DNA from: Eledone cirrhosa
Lineage: Eukaryota
Length of the DNA stretch: 64,000 nt
Direction: 5' to 3'
Assembly: GCA_964016885.1 (NCBI GenBank)
Contig: OZ024762.1
Coordinates: 18,352,001-18,416,000, forward strand
Part shown: positions 50,223 to 63,058 of the stretch, in pieces
Layout: every line of letters starts with the position of its first letter
Position numbering within the stretch: the first letter of the stretch is position 1
Notes under the pieces: model-generated
The model's input: only the letters and a program-made list of their open reading frames with translations
What the model was told of the DNA's origin: nothing
Databases searched by the model: none
Made by a program: the position numbers and the translations under genes

Positions 50223-52180
50223 GTGATGTTTTGTACTGTACAAGAATGTCTTGTTAATGTGGTTTCATGTGATTTGTTAATTCACATGTTCATGTTCACT
50301 AGTGGACAGATTGCTGTGAAAATTTGCAGTATTAAAGTCAGGGGGGGTTCCAGCCAGTACTTTGTTCCGGCGCCCAAGAGCTAAGAAGGCCCCATAGCAA
50401 CTATGCAACAACCATTTTGAGAAAAATCTTTGCCTGCTTTGAAGGCTCCATAACAACTATGCAACAACCATTTTGAGAAAAATCTTTGCCTGCTTTGAAC
50501 GCCCCATAGTAACTATGCAACAACCATTTTGAGAAAAATCTTTGCCTGCTTTGGAGGTCCTGATTAGGGTAGAAACTTTAATATTTAATGTGATGCAGTC
50601 ATACTACTGTTTTGTACATTTGAAGAATGTCTTGCTAATATAGTTTCAGGTGGTTTATATCAAATATTTATAACATCTTTACTAGTGGACAGATCAAGAA
50701 AATTTGCAGTTAACTAAAGCAAATACCTTAATTTTTAACATGATGCATTAAATTTACTAACATTTGCATTTTTAAACTGGTGTCTAGAACATAGCTTGAA
50801 GACTCTGACATAAAATTATGATGGGTAGGTTTTAGATAGATATATATATGGACCAGTAACTCCTGAGGGAGTCATAGGGGTACGATATTGGCATAGAGCA
50901 TTTCTAAAACTTGGTGGAGCCCATCTCCTCTCCAGGTCTGAATACAGCAGATTTCTTCCAGAGATGGATAGAGAGAGTGAGAGAATGGAAGTGAGAGAGA
51001 TATAGAGGAAGAATCGACCTCAGTACTAGACTGGTACTTTTTTATGAACCTGAAATGGATGAAAGGCAAAGTTGACCTCAGTGGGATTTGAAGTCAGAGA
51101 GCAAAGAATAAGAATGAATACTGCTAAGCAGTCTATCTGACATTCTAACGACTCTGCTAATTTGCCCTTAGAAATCATGGGTAGAGGTGGTGAGAGCTGA
51201 CCTCAGATCGGTGAAGCTCATGGAGGAGATGACGAAGGACCGTGACGAATAGAGAGATGCTATGCTGAATAGGACCCGTCCCACGCTTGAAAGCAGGGAA
51301 AAATGGACGTAAAATGATGATGATGATATAGATATAAACCCTTTAAATTAAAAAGTTTTATATCATAAACCCAGGTTGAGACCGGTAGAGTTAGGCGGGG
51401 GAAATAAGCAGCAACTGTTGACATTCTTTTATTTATCTGTTCTAAAAGCAGACAATGTGGCTAGTGTAGGAGGAAACTGGAACAAAGGCGGAAGTTGTTT
51501 GCTCAAAGACAAACAAGAACAATGAAAGATTGTAAAATTTTTCCTCTTCTCTTCCAAATTACCAGTACTATCACATGCATACACACACGCACACACATCT
51601 ACAATATATTCAAACACATTACCAAAATTTGAAGGTTTAAGCGGGAAAAATTACCATACACACACAGACACACATATATATATAAGCAGAGATATATAAA
51701 AAAACATATATACACAAACATTATCAGAATTTGATGGTTTAAGAGGGAATAATTAGCATATATATATACACACACACACACAAAAGTCATACATATATAT
51801 ATGCATACACACTCAGACACACACACATATATATATATAAAGTGGTCGTGGAGGTGCCACGGCAAAAAAGCACCCAGCACACACTGTAAAGTGGACGTGT
51901 AGGCGCCACACACGGAAAAAAAGCATGCAGTACTCAACTCACTGTAAATGAGGTTGGTGTTAGGAAGGGCATCCAACTGTAGAAATCAAGCCAGAATCAG
52001 TTCCCGTGTGAGCAAGACAAGGTCAGCCGACCGGACACTGCCCACAACAGGACAACCCGTCTAACCCATGCTAGCGTGGAAGAACGGACGTAAAACAGTG
52101 ATGATGATGATGATGATGATATTCACACACACAAAAAGTCATAGATATATATAAGCATACACACACACACATATATATAT

Positions 52181-52217
<37 letters not shown>

Positions 52218-53121
52218 CATACACACACACCAAAATTGGATGGTTTAAGCGGGAAGCTCCCCCCCTATTAACTGCCAGACTAACCCAACAGTATTCACCT
52301 ATTAATTGTACTACTTGTCATTCAATACATACATATACAGTGTACAGTATATAATCCACACACACACACATAGTACATAGTATATAATCCACACACACAC
52401 ATAGTACAGAGTATATAATTCACATAGTACACAGTATATAGTTCACATACACACACATAGTACACAGTATATAGTTCACATACACACACACACACACACA
52501 GAGTATATAATCCACATACAGTGTACAGTATATAATTCACACACACAGTGTTTAGTATATAATTAACACACATTGTATAGGGTATAATTCAAACATATAT
52601 ATACACACACACACAAAATCATCATCATCATCATCATCAATGTATAACGTCCATTTTCCATGGATGGACATAGAAACTTACACACCCATATACATATATA
52701 TATAGATACTTACATATGCATATACATACATAGATACACACACACACAGCCATATACAGATACCTATACACATATACATATAGATACCTACATATGCATA
52801 CATAGATACATACACACACAGAGCCATATACATAGATACATACACACACACACACAGAGAGCCATATACATAGATACCTATACACCCATATAGATACCTA
52901 CATATACATATACAGACATAGATACACACACAGAGCCATATACATATATACCTACACACCCATACATAGATACATACACACACACAGCCATATATATAGA
53001 TAAATACATACACACAACTCAATTTTCAAATTAGGAATTTAAACTGCCTGAACAGAAAATGTCAAGTGACAATGAAAATGAACACACACACACATATATA
53101 TATATACACACACACACAGAA

Positions 53122-53150
<29 letters not shown>

Positions 53151-53152
<2 letters not shown>

Positions 53153-53398
53153 ACGCACCAGAGTACTCAATACTTAGGGTAGTAGAGTGGGTGATAGAAA
53201 AATGTATGACCCCGACGCAGAGCTCAAACCGTTTCGACGGCTATTTCTGGACTAAATTTAGTCCAGAAATAGCTGTCGAAACGGCTTGAGCTCTGCCGTC
53301 AGGGTCATACATTTTCCTATCACCCACTCTACTACCCTAAGTATTGAGTACTCTGGTGCGTTATGGTCCATCTGGTTCCTTACCACAACTCCTTCGTT
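53151..53398. mobile_element. Palindromic Penelope-like terminal fragment in (TA)n
   Basis: Zero-spacer palindrome 53151-53363 containing GAA-ACGGC...GCCGT-C, a hammerhead 3' half. Same family as 58888-59285. Confidence 0.6.
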
Positions 53399-54001
53399 AT
53401 ATATATATATATATACCCACACACACAGACACACAGAAATAAATAAATATATATATATATATACACACATACACGCAGAAATAAATACACACGCACACAA
53501 AACCATAATCTTTCTAAATGTCAATTTAGTAATTTTTTTCTTAAATTTGGAAGCTGGGGTGGATGAAATTTGAGGGGTAGGTGAAGTATTAAATAATAGC
53601 AGAGTTTGATGTGGTGTATGGAGTGGAGGGTGGGTAGATATTTGTTAGAATTGTGGAGGTAAGGCTATGTCTGGATTATATACACACACACCTGGATTGC
53701 ACAAACAGTACACCTTTGTATAGCATGACGGAAATGCACCCAGTATGCTCTGTATAGTGTAGGAACACTCTACCCTCCAGCTCATCTGTAAAGACTTTAG
53801 GGTTGCAATTGAGTACTGACTTGGTTATCTACATCTATATATCTATTATTCATACATACATGCTTTCTTCTTTTTATAAGTACACCTTATCCACCAACTA
53901 CACAGTCCGTTTATTCTTAAATATATATACATATATATATATGGGGCAGTGCCCCAGCATGGCCTCAGCCGGATGGCTGAAACAGGTAAAAGAGTAAAAG
54001 A

Positions 54002-54043
<42 letters not shown>

Positions 54044-54466
54044 TCATCATCATCATCGTTTTACGTCCGTTCTTCCACGCTAGCATGGGTTAGACGGGTT
54101 GTCCTGTTGTGGGCAGTGTCTGGTCGGCTGACCATGCCTTGCTCATACAAGAACTGATCTGGCTTGATTTCTACAGCTGGATGCCCTTCCTAACACCAAC
54201 CTCATTTACAGTGAGTGCAGGGAAAAGAGGACGTATGATGATGATGATATATCATCATTTACCTCACTCTTCTCAGCTAGTAGACCGAGTCAGTACTCAA
54301 GCAGAACTACTAACCTCTTAGATGGGTCAGCATCTTGTTTCCATTCTCTACCAAGTACATTTTATCATTTCACCAACACTAGGAAGGTTGTCATGTCTTT
54401 GACACAACTGTCTGTTTAACCCTTTTTGTTTTGGCAGGTTTTCTACAGCTAGATGCCCTTCTTGTC

Positions 54467-54674
54467 CCCTTTAGCATTTAAACTGGCCATATCCGGCCAG
54501 AATTCTCTCACCTCTTTCTGTTCAAACTGGTCATAACCGGCCACTCATACTGATATTAAGGTATTGTTCTCAACATAAATGATATCGAAATGTCATAGAT
54601 TCAATATTATGTGAGATAAAGTCTTAACCACGAAAATACAATATTATATATAGAGTAATGTAAATGCTAAAGGG
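54467..54674. mobile_element. piggyBac-like MITE
   Basis: TIRs CCCTTTAGCATTTA and TAAATGCTAAAGGG, with TTAA on the right only. Confidence 0.6.
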
Positions 54675-56601
54675 TTAAGCAATATCATGTGGTTGCATAG
54701 CCTAGTGGTTAGCGCATTGGACTCACAATCATAAGGACGTGGATCAGACGTGTATATTGCATTCTTGAGCAAGACACTTCATTTCTCATTACTTTTCATG
54801 ATGTGACTTGTAGCTACTGCCACTAAAACACTCAAGAGTTAAAGTAATGAAGTGACAGTGCTGTTTTGTATTTTTCAGGCATGTCTTACTAATGCGGTTT
54901 CATGTGGTACAGGACATTACTAGTTAATCACTAAAATATTGAGTTCTTCAGTTTTCAAAAATTAACTAGGTTCCTAAGAAGCCACGGAAAGGAACAAAGA
55001 ATTCTTTAAGTATTCTTCCTGTAAGCAATGGATTTTCAACCAACAAAGATTGTGAATAAATGAGTCACAGGGTGGAGTGTGTGTCATATAATGACAAGAT
55101 GCTTTCTCTTCACTCTAAATGTTTATATATATATATACACACACATCCACATATACAAACACACATATATATACATACCTATATATATATATATATATAT
55201 ACTTATATATATATGTGAAAAGACAAAAATTTAGTAGAAAATTTTAAACATATTTCAAATTTCTAGATGATGATTATCCATAACTCTGTGGGGTTTATAA
55301 ATCTACATACAACACCAATACGAATGTGTATATATATATATATATATATATTTATACTTATACATACTCACACACACACACATATATATATTCATACATA
55401 GAAATGGGGTCTTCTGTTCCAGCTGGACTGCAAGCTTGCTTGCATAATAATATTTGTTTCTACTTTTGGCACAAAGCCAGCAATTAATTCAGTGTATTAC
55501 TGGTACTTTATTTTATCGACCCCGTAAGGACGAAAGGCAAAGTTAACTCCGGCAGGATTTGAACTGAGACCGTAAAGGGACGTAACTCTATGATGCAAAG
55601 CATGGCGTCCGACCCTCTTCCGATACTGCCAATTCGCCGCCCTTGCATAATAATAATGGTTTCTGATTTAGGTAGGCACAGGCCCAATAATTTTTGGGAA
55701 AAGGGAAAGTCGATTAAATCGACCCCGTGAGGATGAAAGGCAAAGCTTGTTGGCCTCGTCTTGATTTGAACTCAGAATGTAAAGGGCAGTAACCCAATTC
55801 TGCAAAGGATTTTGTCTGACGCTCTACCGATTCTGCTAATGCAGCGCCCTCTTTCGTCAGAAATACGGAAACGTGAGGTTTAGCATTAGATTAATTTAAA
55901 GATAATTCCAAATATGCTTAGAAATAAAAACAAAACAAAAACATATGAAACATGATGAATTATAAAGACCGCACCCACGATGACTGCCAAAATTTAAAGA
56001 AGACGAAGATTAAATATTTTTATAAAGTATTTCATAGATGGTTTCTTGGGTATTTTAATGATAGGAGCCTGCCCGCAGCCCTATCATGAAAAATACAACC
56101 TGAAAGGAAACATGTTCAAAAACACAACACGATCTTGATTCCTATATCTTAACTACTAGGGCTCACACCTTCATGAAATTTATTTTAATATTTACCTTTC
56201 ATTCATCGTAAATGACACATTCCATTTTTATCTTTATCTTAAATGTCATTTTATTTTCTGTTGTGACGTTTACAACATGGTCTGGGCAACTTATTTCATT
56301 CACTAATAACTCTTCGATACACAGATATATATTATTCAATTATTCAGTTGATCAAAGTTGGTTGATCATATAATCCGCCGACTATTTCGTAAACAGTTGT
56401 AAAGCACTCAACGAATTGTATTCCTTAGGATTTTCTCGGTAAGGTATTAACCGGAGTTTCAATATAATAAATAAGAGAGACGGTTTTATTCGTAAGCAGT
56501 AGACTGAAGATGTACGAATAAAAACGTCTCTCTTATTATATATATATATATATTATTCAGAATATAAATAAATGAAGACATTCACATAATCAAAATATAT
56601 G

Positions 56602-56663
56602 TTTTATTATATATATTTCGAAGGTACTGTGCTGTTTTTTCAGTACGTCCTCGTCAGATAAAA
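56602..56663 (-). ncRNA. Second, inverted copy of the same hammerhead motif
   Basis: The reverse complement reads TTTTATCTGACGAGGACGTACTGAAAAAACAGCACAGTACCTTCGAAATATATATAATAAAA. Confidence 0.72.
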
Positions 56664-56727
56664 TGACTGCCAATACTGGAATTGAACCATCAAGACAGTT
56701 GAGGTATGTCATACATCAATTCATGTA

Positions 56728-56789
56728 TTTTATCTGACGAGGACGTGCTGAAAAAACAGCACAGTACCTTCGAAATATATATAATAAAA
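56728..56789 (+). ncRNA. Type I hammerhead ribozyme motif (Penelope-type, palindromic helix III)
   Basis: TTTTAT-CTGACGA-helix II (GGA/TTC plus GTGCTG-A6-CAGCAC)-GAA-ATATATAT-A-ATAAAA. The core is complete and helix I pairs. Confidence 0.75.
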
Positions 56790-57116
56790 ATATATATTTT
56801 GATTATGTGAATGTTTTTATTTATTAATAACTCCAGAAAACTTATTTGTAGAGTGCTTTTAATCTATTGTAAAACTATATTCATTGAGTAATCAACGAAC
56901 CATATTAATCTTTGGTTATATATATATATATATATATATAAATATAAATAGAGAGAGAGAGAGCAAAGGTAAATATAACTATATGTATACAAAACTCAAA
57001 TGTATGCCAAGTAGTTTCAGAATTAGCTCTTCGAATAATTCGTTGTATAACTTTCTTGAAACATGTGAAATGAATTAAAAATTATTTAAAAGCTAATTTT
57101 TCCATCTACATAATTG

Positions 57117-57168
<52 letters not shown>

Positions 57169-57791
57169 TTCAATAACTGGGACATGGTTTTTTTTTTCCT
57201 GGGATAGTGTATAGTTTTTAAATACTTCTGTGAAACTAATATATATCTTCATTGGACTTAATGTTTTTTTTCCGTTTATATATATATATATATATATATG
57301 TGTATTTATATATATATGGCACTTATTCCCGCCGTGATGGGTATAATAGCAATTTAAAAAACAACTTTAACGGTAGTCAGTCGATAGATTTGGTTAGAAT
57401 TTTGAAGATGAAGATGAAGTTTGTTTTTCTTATGATTTGTAAATGTTTTGAACGAACAAGAGCCTTTAAAAGTGTCGTAAATTATTCCTTTTCTTTTATT
57501 TCCTCCACCCGAGAACTCTACAACACTCGTCTCCCTGCCCGATCCCGAGTATAATATAATAACATATTTACGAAAGCAAAACATTTAATAAATAAACATT
57601 ATTAAATAGAAAATAGAATAATAACAACTAGATAATGTGATGATAACAAGAAGCAAGAGGGGAAATGTTATGTAACAACAATAATGTAGGTTCTAATAAT
57701 CGGTTATAAATTCTGAGCTAGCAGTTAGTGTAGTGAGAAGTTTGTTTTAAGAAGAACAGAGAGAAGCGTCATATTTTTTTGACCAACTTAC

Positions 57792-57811
57792 CGATTCAAT
57801 TCTGCCGCCAT
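57792..57811 (-). CDS. PASK: PAS kinase coding exon 1 (start codon; MAAELN-R)
   Basis: ATG GCG GCA GAA TTG AAT CG|GTAAGT is a consensus donor. Its phase 2 matches the next exon exactly. It sits in a CpG-containing, promoter-like stretch. Confidence 0.7.
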
Positions 57812-57860
57812 TTGGATGTCGTTTATTTTAGTTGACTGATGGTCTTGACGCATGCGTACA
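57804..57860 (-). promoter_or_regulatory. Putative PASK core promoter: YY1-like CAAATGGCGGC over the ATG and an NRF1-like palindrome ACGCATGCGT (57848-57857)
   Basis: Both motifs are read directly from the sequence and are typical of housekeeping promoters. Binding is inferred. Confidence 0.45.
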
Positions 57861-58211
57861 ACGGCTGATATTACGATTTAAAACATTCAACACACGCACA
57901 TACATACTTATACATACATACACACATATACATACTTATACATACTTATACATACATACACACATATACATACTTATACATACTTATACATACATACACA
58001 CATATACATACTTATACATACTTATACATACATACACACATATACATACTTATACATACATATACATACTTATACATACATACATATACATACACACATA
58101 TACATACTTATACATACATATACATACTTATACATACATACATTCATACATACACACTTACATACATACATACAAAGACACACAGATATACATACGTATT
58201 TTTTCTTTCTT

Positions 58212-58257
<46 letters not shown>

Positions 58258-58260
58258 CGT

Positions 58261-58328
<68 letters not shown>

Positions 58329-58341
58329 TTTTTTTATTTTC

Positions 58342-58382
<41 letters not shown>

Positions 58383-58887
58383 GAGGTTATATTTAATTTG
58401 TTGGGATACAACAAGCAAAATATTTTTATAACTGATATAAAGCACTCAACAAATAGTTTGCTCTGGTGGCCCTTGAAATATGTATAATGAAATAAATATG
58501 GTTTGATAAATATAGTTTCCATTTGTTAATATATTTTATATATATATATATGTGATATATGTGTGTGTATGTACGTATATATATTTATAAAACAAACTTT
58601 ATATATATATATATATATATATATAACATGTAGACACCCCAGGGCCAGACCTCCCTCAAGCTATATGGATAGTAACAACATCATAGGTTGGGAATCCCCT
58701 CAAGCTATACAAACCAGATCTCTCTCTCTCTCTCTTACTAACACGGTCTAACAACTACTACCACGGACTCCAAATTCCAACAACAACAACAATTATCTGT
58801 CGCTCGCTGTTTTCACACCAACAACAGACTACAACAGCCTCACATCAGAAACAATAACAACGTTAACTCTTGGTAACTGTTTTATAT

Positions 58888-59282
58888 GTGGTAAGGAACC
58901 AGGTGAACCGTAGCGCACCAGAGTACTCAATACTTAGGGTAGTAGAGTGGTTAATAGGAAAATGTTCAAGACCCCGACGGCAAAGCTCAAGCTGTTTCGA
59001 CGGCTATTTCTGGACTGAAATAGCCGTCGAAACGGTTTGAGCTCTGCCGTCGGAGTCTTGAACATTTTCCTATATATATATATATATATATATATATAGG
59101 AACAAGTAAGACCCCGACGGCTGAGCTCAAGCCGTTTCGACGGCTAATACAGAATTAGCCGTCGAAACGGCTTGAGCTCAGCCGTCGGGATCTTACTTGT
59201 TCCTATTACCCACTCTACTACCCTAAGTATTGAGTACTTTGGTGCGTTATAGTCCACCTGGTTCCTTACCACATTTCCTTCG

Positions 59283-59285
<3 letters not shown>
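58888..59285. mobile_element. Two palindromic copies of the same element, arranged as a larger inverted repeat around (TA)n
   Basis: Internal palindromes are centred near 59014 and 59151. The outer ends GTGGTAAGGAACCAG and CTGGTTCCTTACCAC are complementary. Confidence 0.6.
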
Positions 59286-59334
<49 letters not shown>

Positions 59335-59381
59335 TACCATGATATTAAATAAATGGAAACTATATTTATAAAACCATATTT

Positions 59382-59444
59382 ATTTTATTATATATATTTC
59401 AAGGGAAACCAAGCAAACTTTGGTGCGCTTTCATTAGATAAAAT
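59382..59444 (-). ncRNA. Hammerhead relic with a core G5>A change, related to the 56.6 kb pair
   Basis: The reverse strand reads TTTTAT-CTAATGA-AAG...CTT-GAA-ATATATAT-A-ATAAAA. Related, more decayed copies occur near 58430-58530 and 22605-22670. Confidence 0.5.
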
Positions 59445-59979
59445 ACAAAGTTTGTTTTATAAATAAAAACATACCCATGAAAATCATACCTTATCGGTCG
59501 GAAATTCACTGGATAGTCACATATATATTATATATATATATATATTATATATATATATATATATACAGTAAATGTAAATATACAATACACACGTGCATAC
59601 ATAATTATGTGTGTGTGTGTGTGTTTACATTTACTGTTTGTTTATCTCCCGTATCATAGTTCATATCTTGACCTAAATTGATCATCTCCTTTTAACATCG
59701 ATTTTCCATTCTTACATAGTTTAGTCATGTTACGAGGCGAACCAGGTGAGGTGACCACGTCTTCCTCATACAAATCGGTTTTAGTACACTAGAATTGGTA
59801 CCAATAGGCATTGTCTACATAGATAAAAGAACGGAATATATTAGTAATACAAGACTGTAAATAATTTAATAAAAATTTATTGATGTAAATACAAATGGCA
59901 AGAAAGATAACTCTTAAATATCTTTGAAAGGGAGATAACTCATAATATCTTTAAAGGGAAGCTACTATTGCAAGTAAAG

Positions 59980-60235
59980 ACGCATGGATTAATGGTAAGG
60001 GTGTTTGACTTACGATCCCTGCCTGGACTGGATTGTGTGTTGTGTTCTTGAGCAAAACACTTCATTTTCACGTTGCTCCTTTATATTCAGTTGAAAATGA
60101 GTAGCAGCAGTAGCAAGGGTTTAACCCTGCGATGGACTGGCGTCCTGTCCAGGGGGAGTCTTGTACATTCAGTCTCTGAACGCCACGGGAACCGGAGTAA
60201 AAACTGGCCTGATGAGTCTTCGGGATCGAGATACA
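59980..60235 (+). mobile_element. tRNA/CORE-like SINE; related copies at about 49130-49230 and 54690-54790
   Basis: TTCTTGAGCAAAACACTT core and CCCTGCGATGGACTGGCGTCCTGTCCAGGGGG 3' domain. Confidence 0.7.
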
Positions 60236-60627
60236 CTTTTTGTTTTTGCTATTGTTATTTCCTCTCTATGTGGGAGGATAGACTGTCAGAATCGGTAGAG
60301 CATCGGACAAAAATGCACTGCTTTGTTTAGTCACAACTCTCTTCGTTGTCAACTTTGCTTTTTTGCTTTTTTGCAATGAAGGTGTGATGATAGGGCTGTG
60401 AAATCTTGCATGCATTAATTTCAACTTTTGTTAATTCTTGTTAATAACTGCATTGTTTCATTCCAGGTAAACTGACATCTCACTGTTCAAAGAAGACTTC
60501 AAAAGTAATTAGTAGCGACTTCTCTTGAATATAGGACACTATTTGGCATTGTGGCATTATCAAGTACCTGCAGAAAAAGGGTTTAGCCCACACGGACATT
60601 CACGCTGACATTGTTGTTACATTAGTG

Positions 60628-60826
60628 CAGGCATGTCAAACTAGGGGTCCCCCGAGGTCCACATGGGTCACAAATGTGTTGTCTGAGGGCCGCACACGAC
60701 AACTAATTGCGCACATAATGTTACCAAGATAAAACATGCTCGCACTGTAAAAACCTTTGTGCGGACCGTAGGTGTGCTTGTAAAGGGCCGCATCCGGCCC
60801 AGCGGGCTGCATGTTTGACATGCTTG
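60628..60826. mobile_element. hAT (Charlie-like) MITE inserted in the mariner
   Basis: TIRs CAGGCATGTCAAAC and GTTTGACATGCTTG. TSD CATTAGTG / TATTAGTG. Confidence 0.85.
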
Positions 60827-61477
60827 TATTAGTGGATGACGCTCCAGCTTTATTAACAATGCAAAAGTGGGCAGCTTTAGGAGGGAAGGGGCAGTCTAGA
60901 ACATGACCCAATATCTGGTCGTCCTGAAACTGTCATCATCGAGGAAAACATTGATCGTGCTCACCACTTGGTGATAGATGACAGGGGATTGGCTATAAAT
61001 CAAATAGCCAGTGCTATTATCATATCCCATGAGAGAGTTGAGAATATTCTGAACATTGAACTTGGTTGACATGACAAATTTTCTGCTCTGTGAGTGCCAC
61101 GTCTTCTGACATCTGATCAAAAGCGCACCAGGCTGATCACATCATTAGAAAATCTGACATTGTTTGAGGCAGATCTAGCTGGTTTCCTTGAACGTTTCCC
61201 AACCGAGGATAAGAGTTGGGTTCATCAATTCGAGCCAGAGATACGGAGACAATCGATGTAGTGAAAACACCCTTGATCATCTGCACCAAAGAATGCCAAG
61301 GTCATTTCATCTGCAGGGAAGGTGATGACCTCAGTCATTGTGTTTATTGGCTATCTTTAAACGGGCCACACATTCAATGGAGAGTACTATGCCAACTTGC
61401 TGAGGGATTTACGAAAGGCTACAAGAGCAAATACCCAGGAAAACTGCCGAAAGGGATCTTGTTTGATCAGGATAATA

Positions 61478-62157
61478 CATCATCATCATCATTCGTCAAC
61501 TACTGTCGAGATGATGCATCTCACTCTCATGCCCCAGAATTCCCTGTCCCCCATCGCTGCCCCCAGGTCCTGTCTACTGATTCCCGTATCCCTAGAGATA
61601 ACGTCAGGGAATGACAGCTTCCTACTCCTAGTCAGGCTGGAGCCAGGGTTCCAGAGCAAGAGAGCGGATATGATTTCATTGCTGGCACGGTGACAGTGGC
61701 CAGCAAATTGAGCTCTCCGGGATTTTAGAAGGGCAGAGGCTCGAGGGAGTTTGCCATAGATTTTAGACAAGGTGGGATGTCGTTTCCAGGATAGGTTTTG
61801 CACTCTCATTAAGAGGCGGGTATATGTGCCATCCAATCTCCTCTCAAGTTGTGATGTTAGTGTCCAAGTTTCGGATCCATAAAGTAATATAGGCTTAATG
61901 GTTGCTTGGAATATTTCCAGTTTTAGCTTGTTGGTAAGTTGAGATGTCCATATGGCGTGCATGTCATTGCACGCTGACCATGCCATACCCTTCCTGGTTA
62001 GAAAATCCTTTTTGGAGGAGGAGATATATGAGCCAAGATACTTGTAATCTTCCACCTGCTTAAGGGTGGTACCATTAAGGGTTCTGATGGGGTAGTTTGG
62101 GCTGTTTGCGCATCTGTTCACATACTCAGTCTTGGATTCGTTGAGGTACAGTCCAAC
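61478..62157 (-). mobile_element. 5'-truncated RTE-type LINE inserted in the mariner
   Basis: GLYLNESKTEY, YKYLGS and PILLYGSETW from the RT C-terminus, plus a (GAT)n tail. Confidence 0.88.
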
Positions 62158-62579
62158 ACAAGTCCTTGGTTCCAATGGCTGCTGTACGTGACTGTAACTT
62201 TGAAGTGGTTGATCACTCTCCCTATTCTCCTGATTTGTCCCCATCCGACTATTGTTCTTTAACATAATACAACATGGCTGGGAACCAGTATCGCAGTAAT
62301 GATGACGTCATAACTGTTGTTGATGACGTTTTTTGACCAACAGGATGAAAGCTTCTTCATCAATGGGATCCAAGCACTGCAACACCGATGGAAGAAGTGT
62401 GTAGACTGCATGGTGGACTATGTTGGAAAATAAACCTCATTTAGTCATTCCCTGAGAGTATCTTGGTCAACACATGAACTTTTCAGCCGGCCTTTGTGTA
62501 ATAGATTTTCGAACGAAATCTAGGAATGCAGTAATATCCTTAAGAGTGTAGTATGATCATTCACACATACATACATAAA

Positions 62580-63058
62580 TATATAAATACATACATACAT
62601 GGTGGCTGCCAACTCGTTTTCGAGTACGGCCACTACTTTATATCCATGTAGGAGAACCCCTACTGATGCGCTAAACGAGTGTGACTTTCTAGTCCAGCCA
62701 GCGACTTGAAAACTCTGGTACAAACACTACACTTGTGACAATTATTGACACATAGTGCTGGGCCCATGGTACCATGTGACGGCAAGTGCAGAGAGATCTC
62801 CAGATATAAAGCAATGTCTGTGCCGTGAAGCTTTTATAGTGAGCAAAGGCACTGCACAAAGCCAGTCCCACTCTCTTAACCAAGATGATATTTACCAAAA
62901 AGAAGAACAAATCAACATCATTGGATACCATTAGGGTTGCAGGTGTTATATCAGAGTTTTCCTTCTCCTAGAATTCTGCCTTGACAAAGGCTAAGGGGTC
63001 ATCTCTCCCGGTGATTTTGGATGGCCATTGACTCTTAAGAGCTCCTTTGCCCTTTTCC
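62580..63058 (-). mobile_element. 5'-truncated copy of the 46983-47610 element in (TACA)n
   Basis: ORFs 62689..62931 and 62520..62723 nearly duplicate 47260..47445 and the start of 47464..47859. Confidence 0.8.

Larger units (their letters stand above)
60375..62498 (+). mobile_element. Decayed mariner (Tc1/mariner) element with two nested insertions
   Basis: Fragmented transposase motifs IKYLQKKG, QKWAA, DPxSGRP, QDN, HSPYSPDLSPSDY and HRWKKCV, with frameshifts and stops. Confidence 0.85.

Noticed and set aside
56465-56540. Short hairpin containing CTGAAGA as a ribozyme or pre-miRNA
   Set aside because: No GAAA/helix III is in register, and I recognised no conserved miRNA sequence. It is probably another decayed fold-back fragment.
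60205-60235. CTGATGA-containing motif as a hammerhead
   Set aside because: It has GAGA instead of GAAA, no helix I or III, and is part of a SINE tail.
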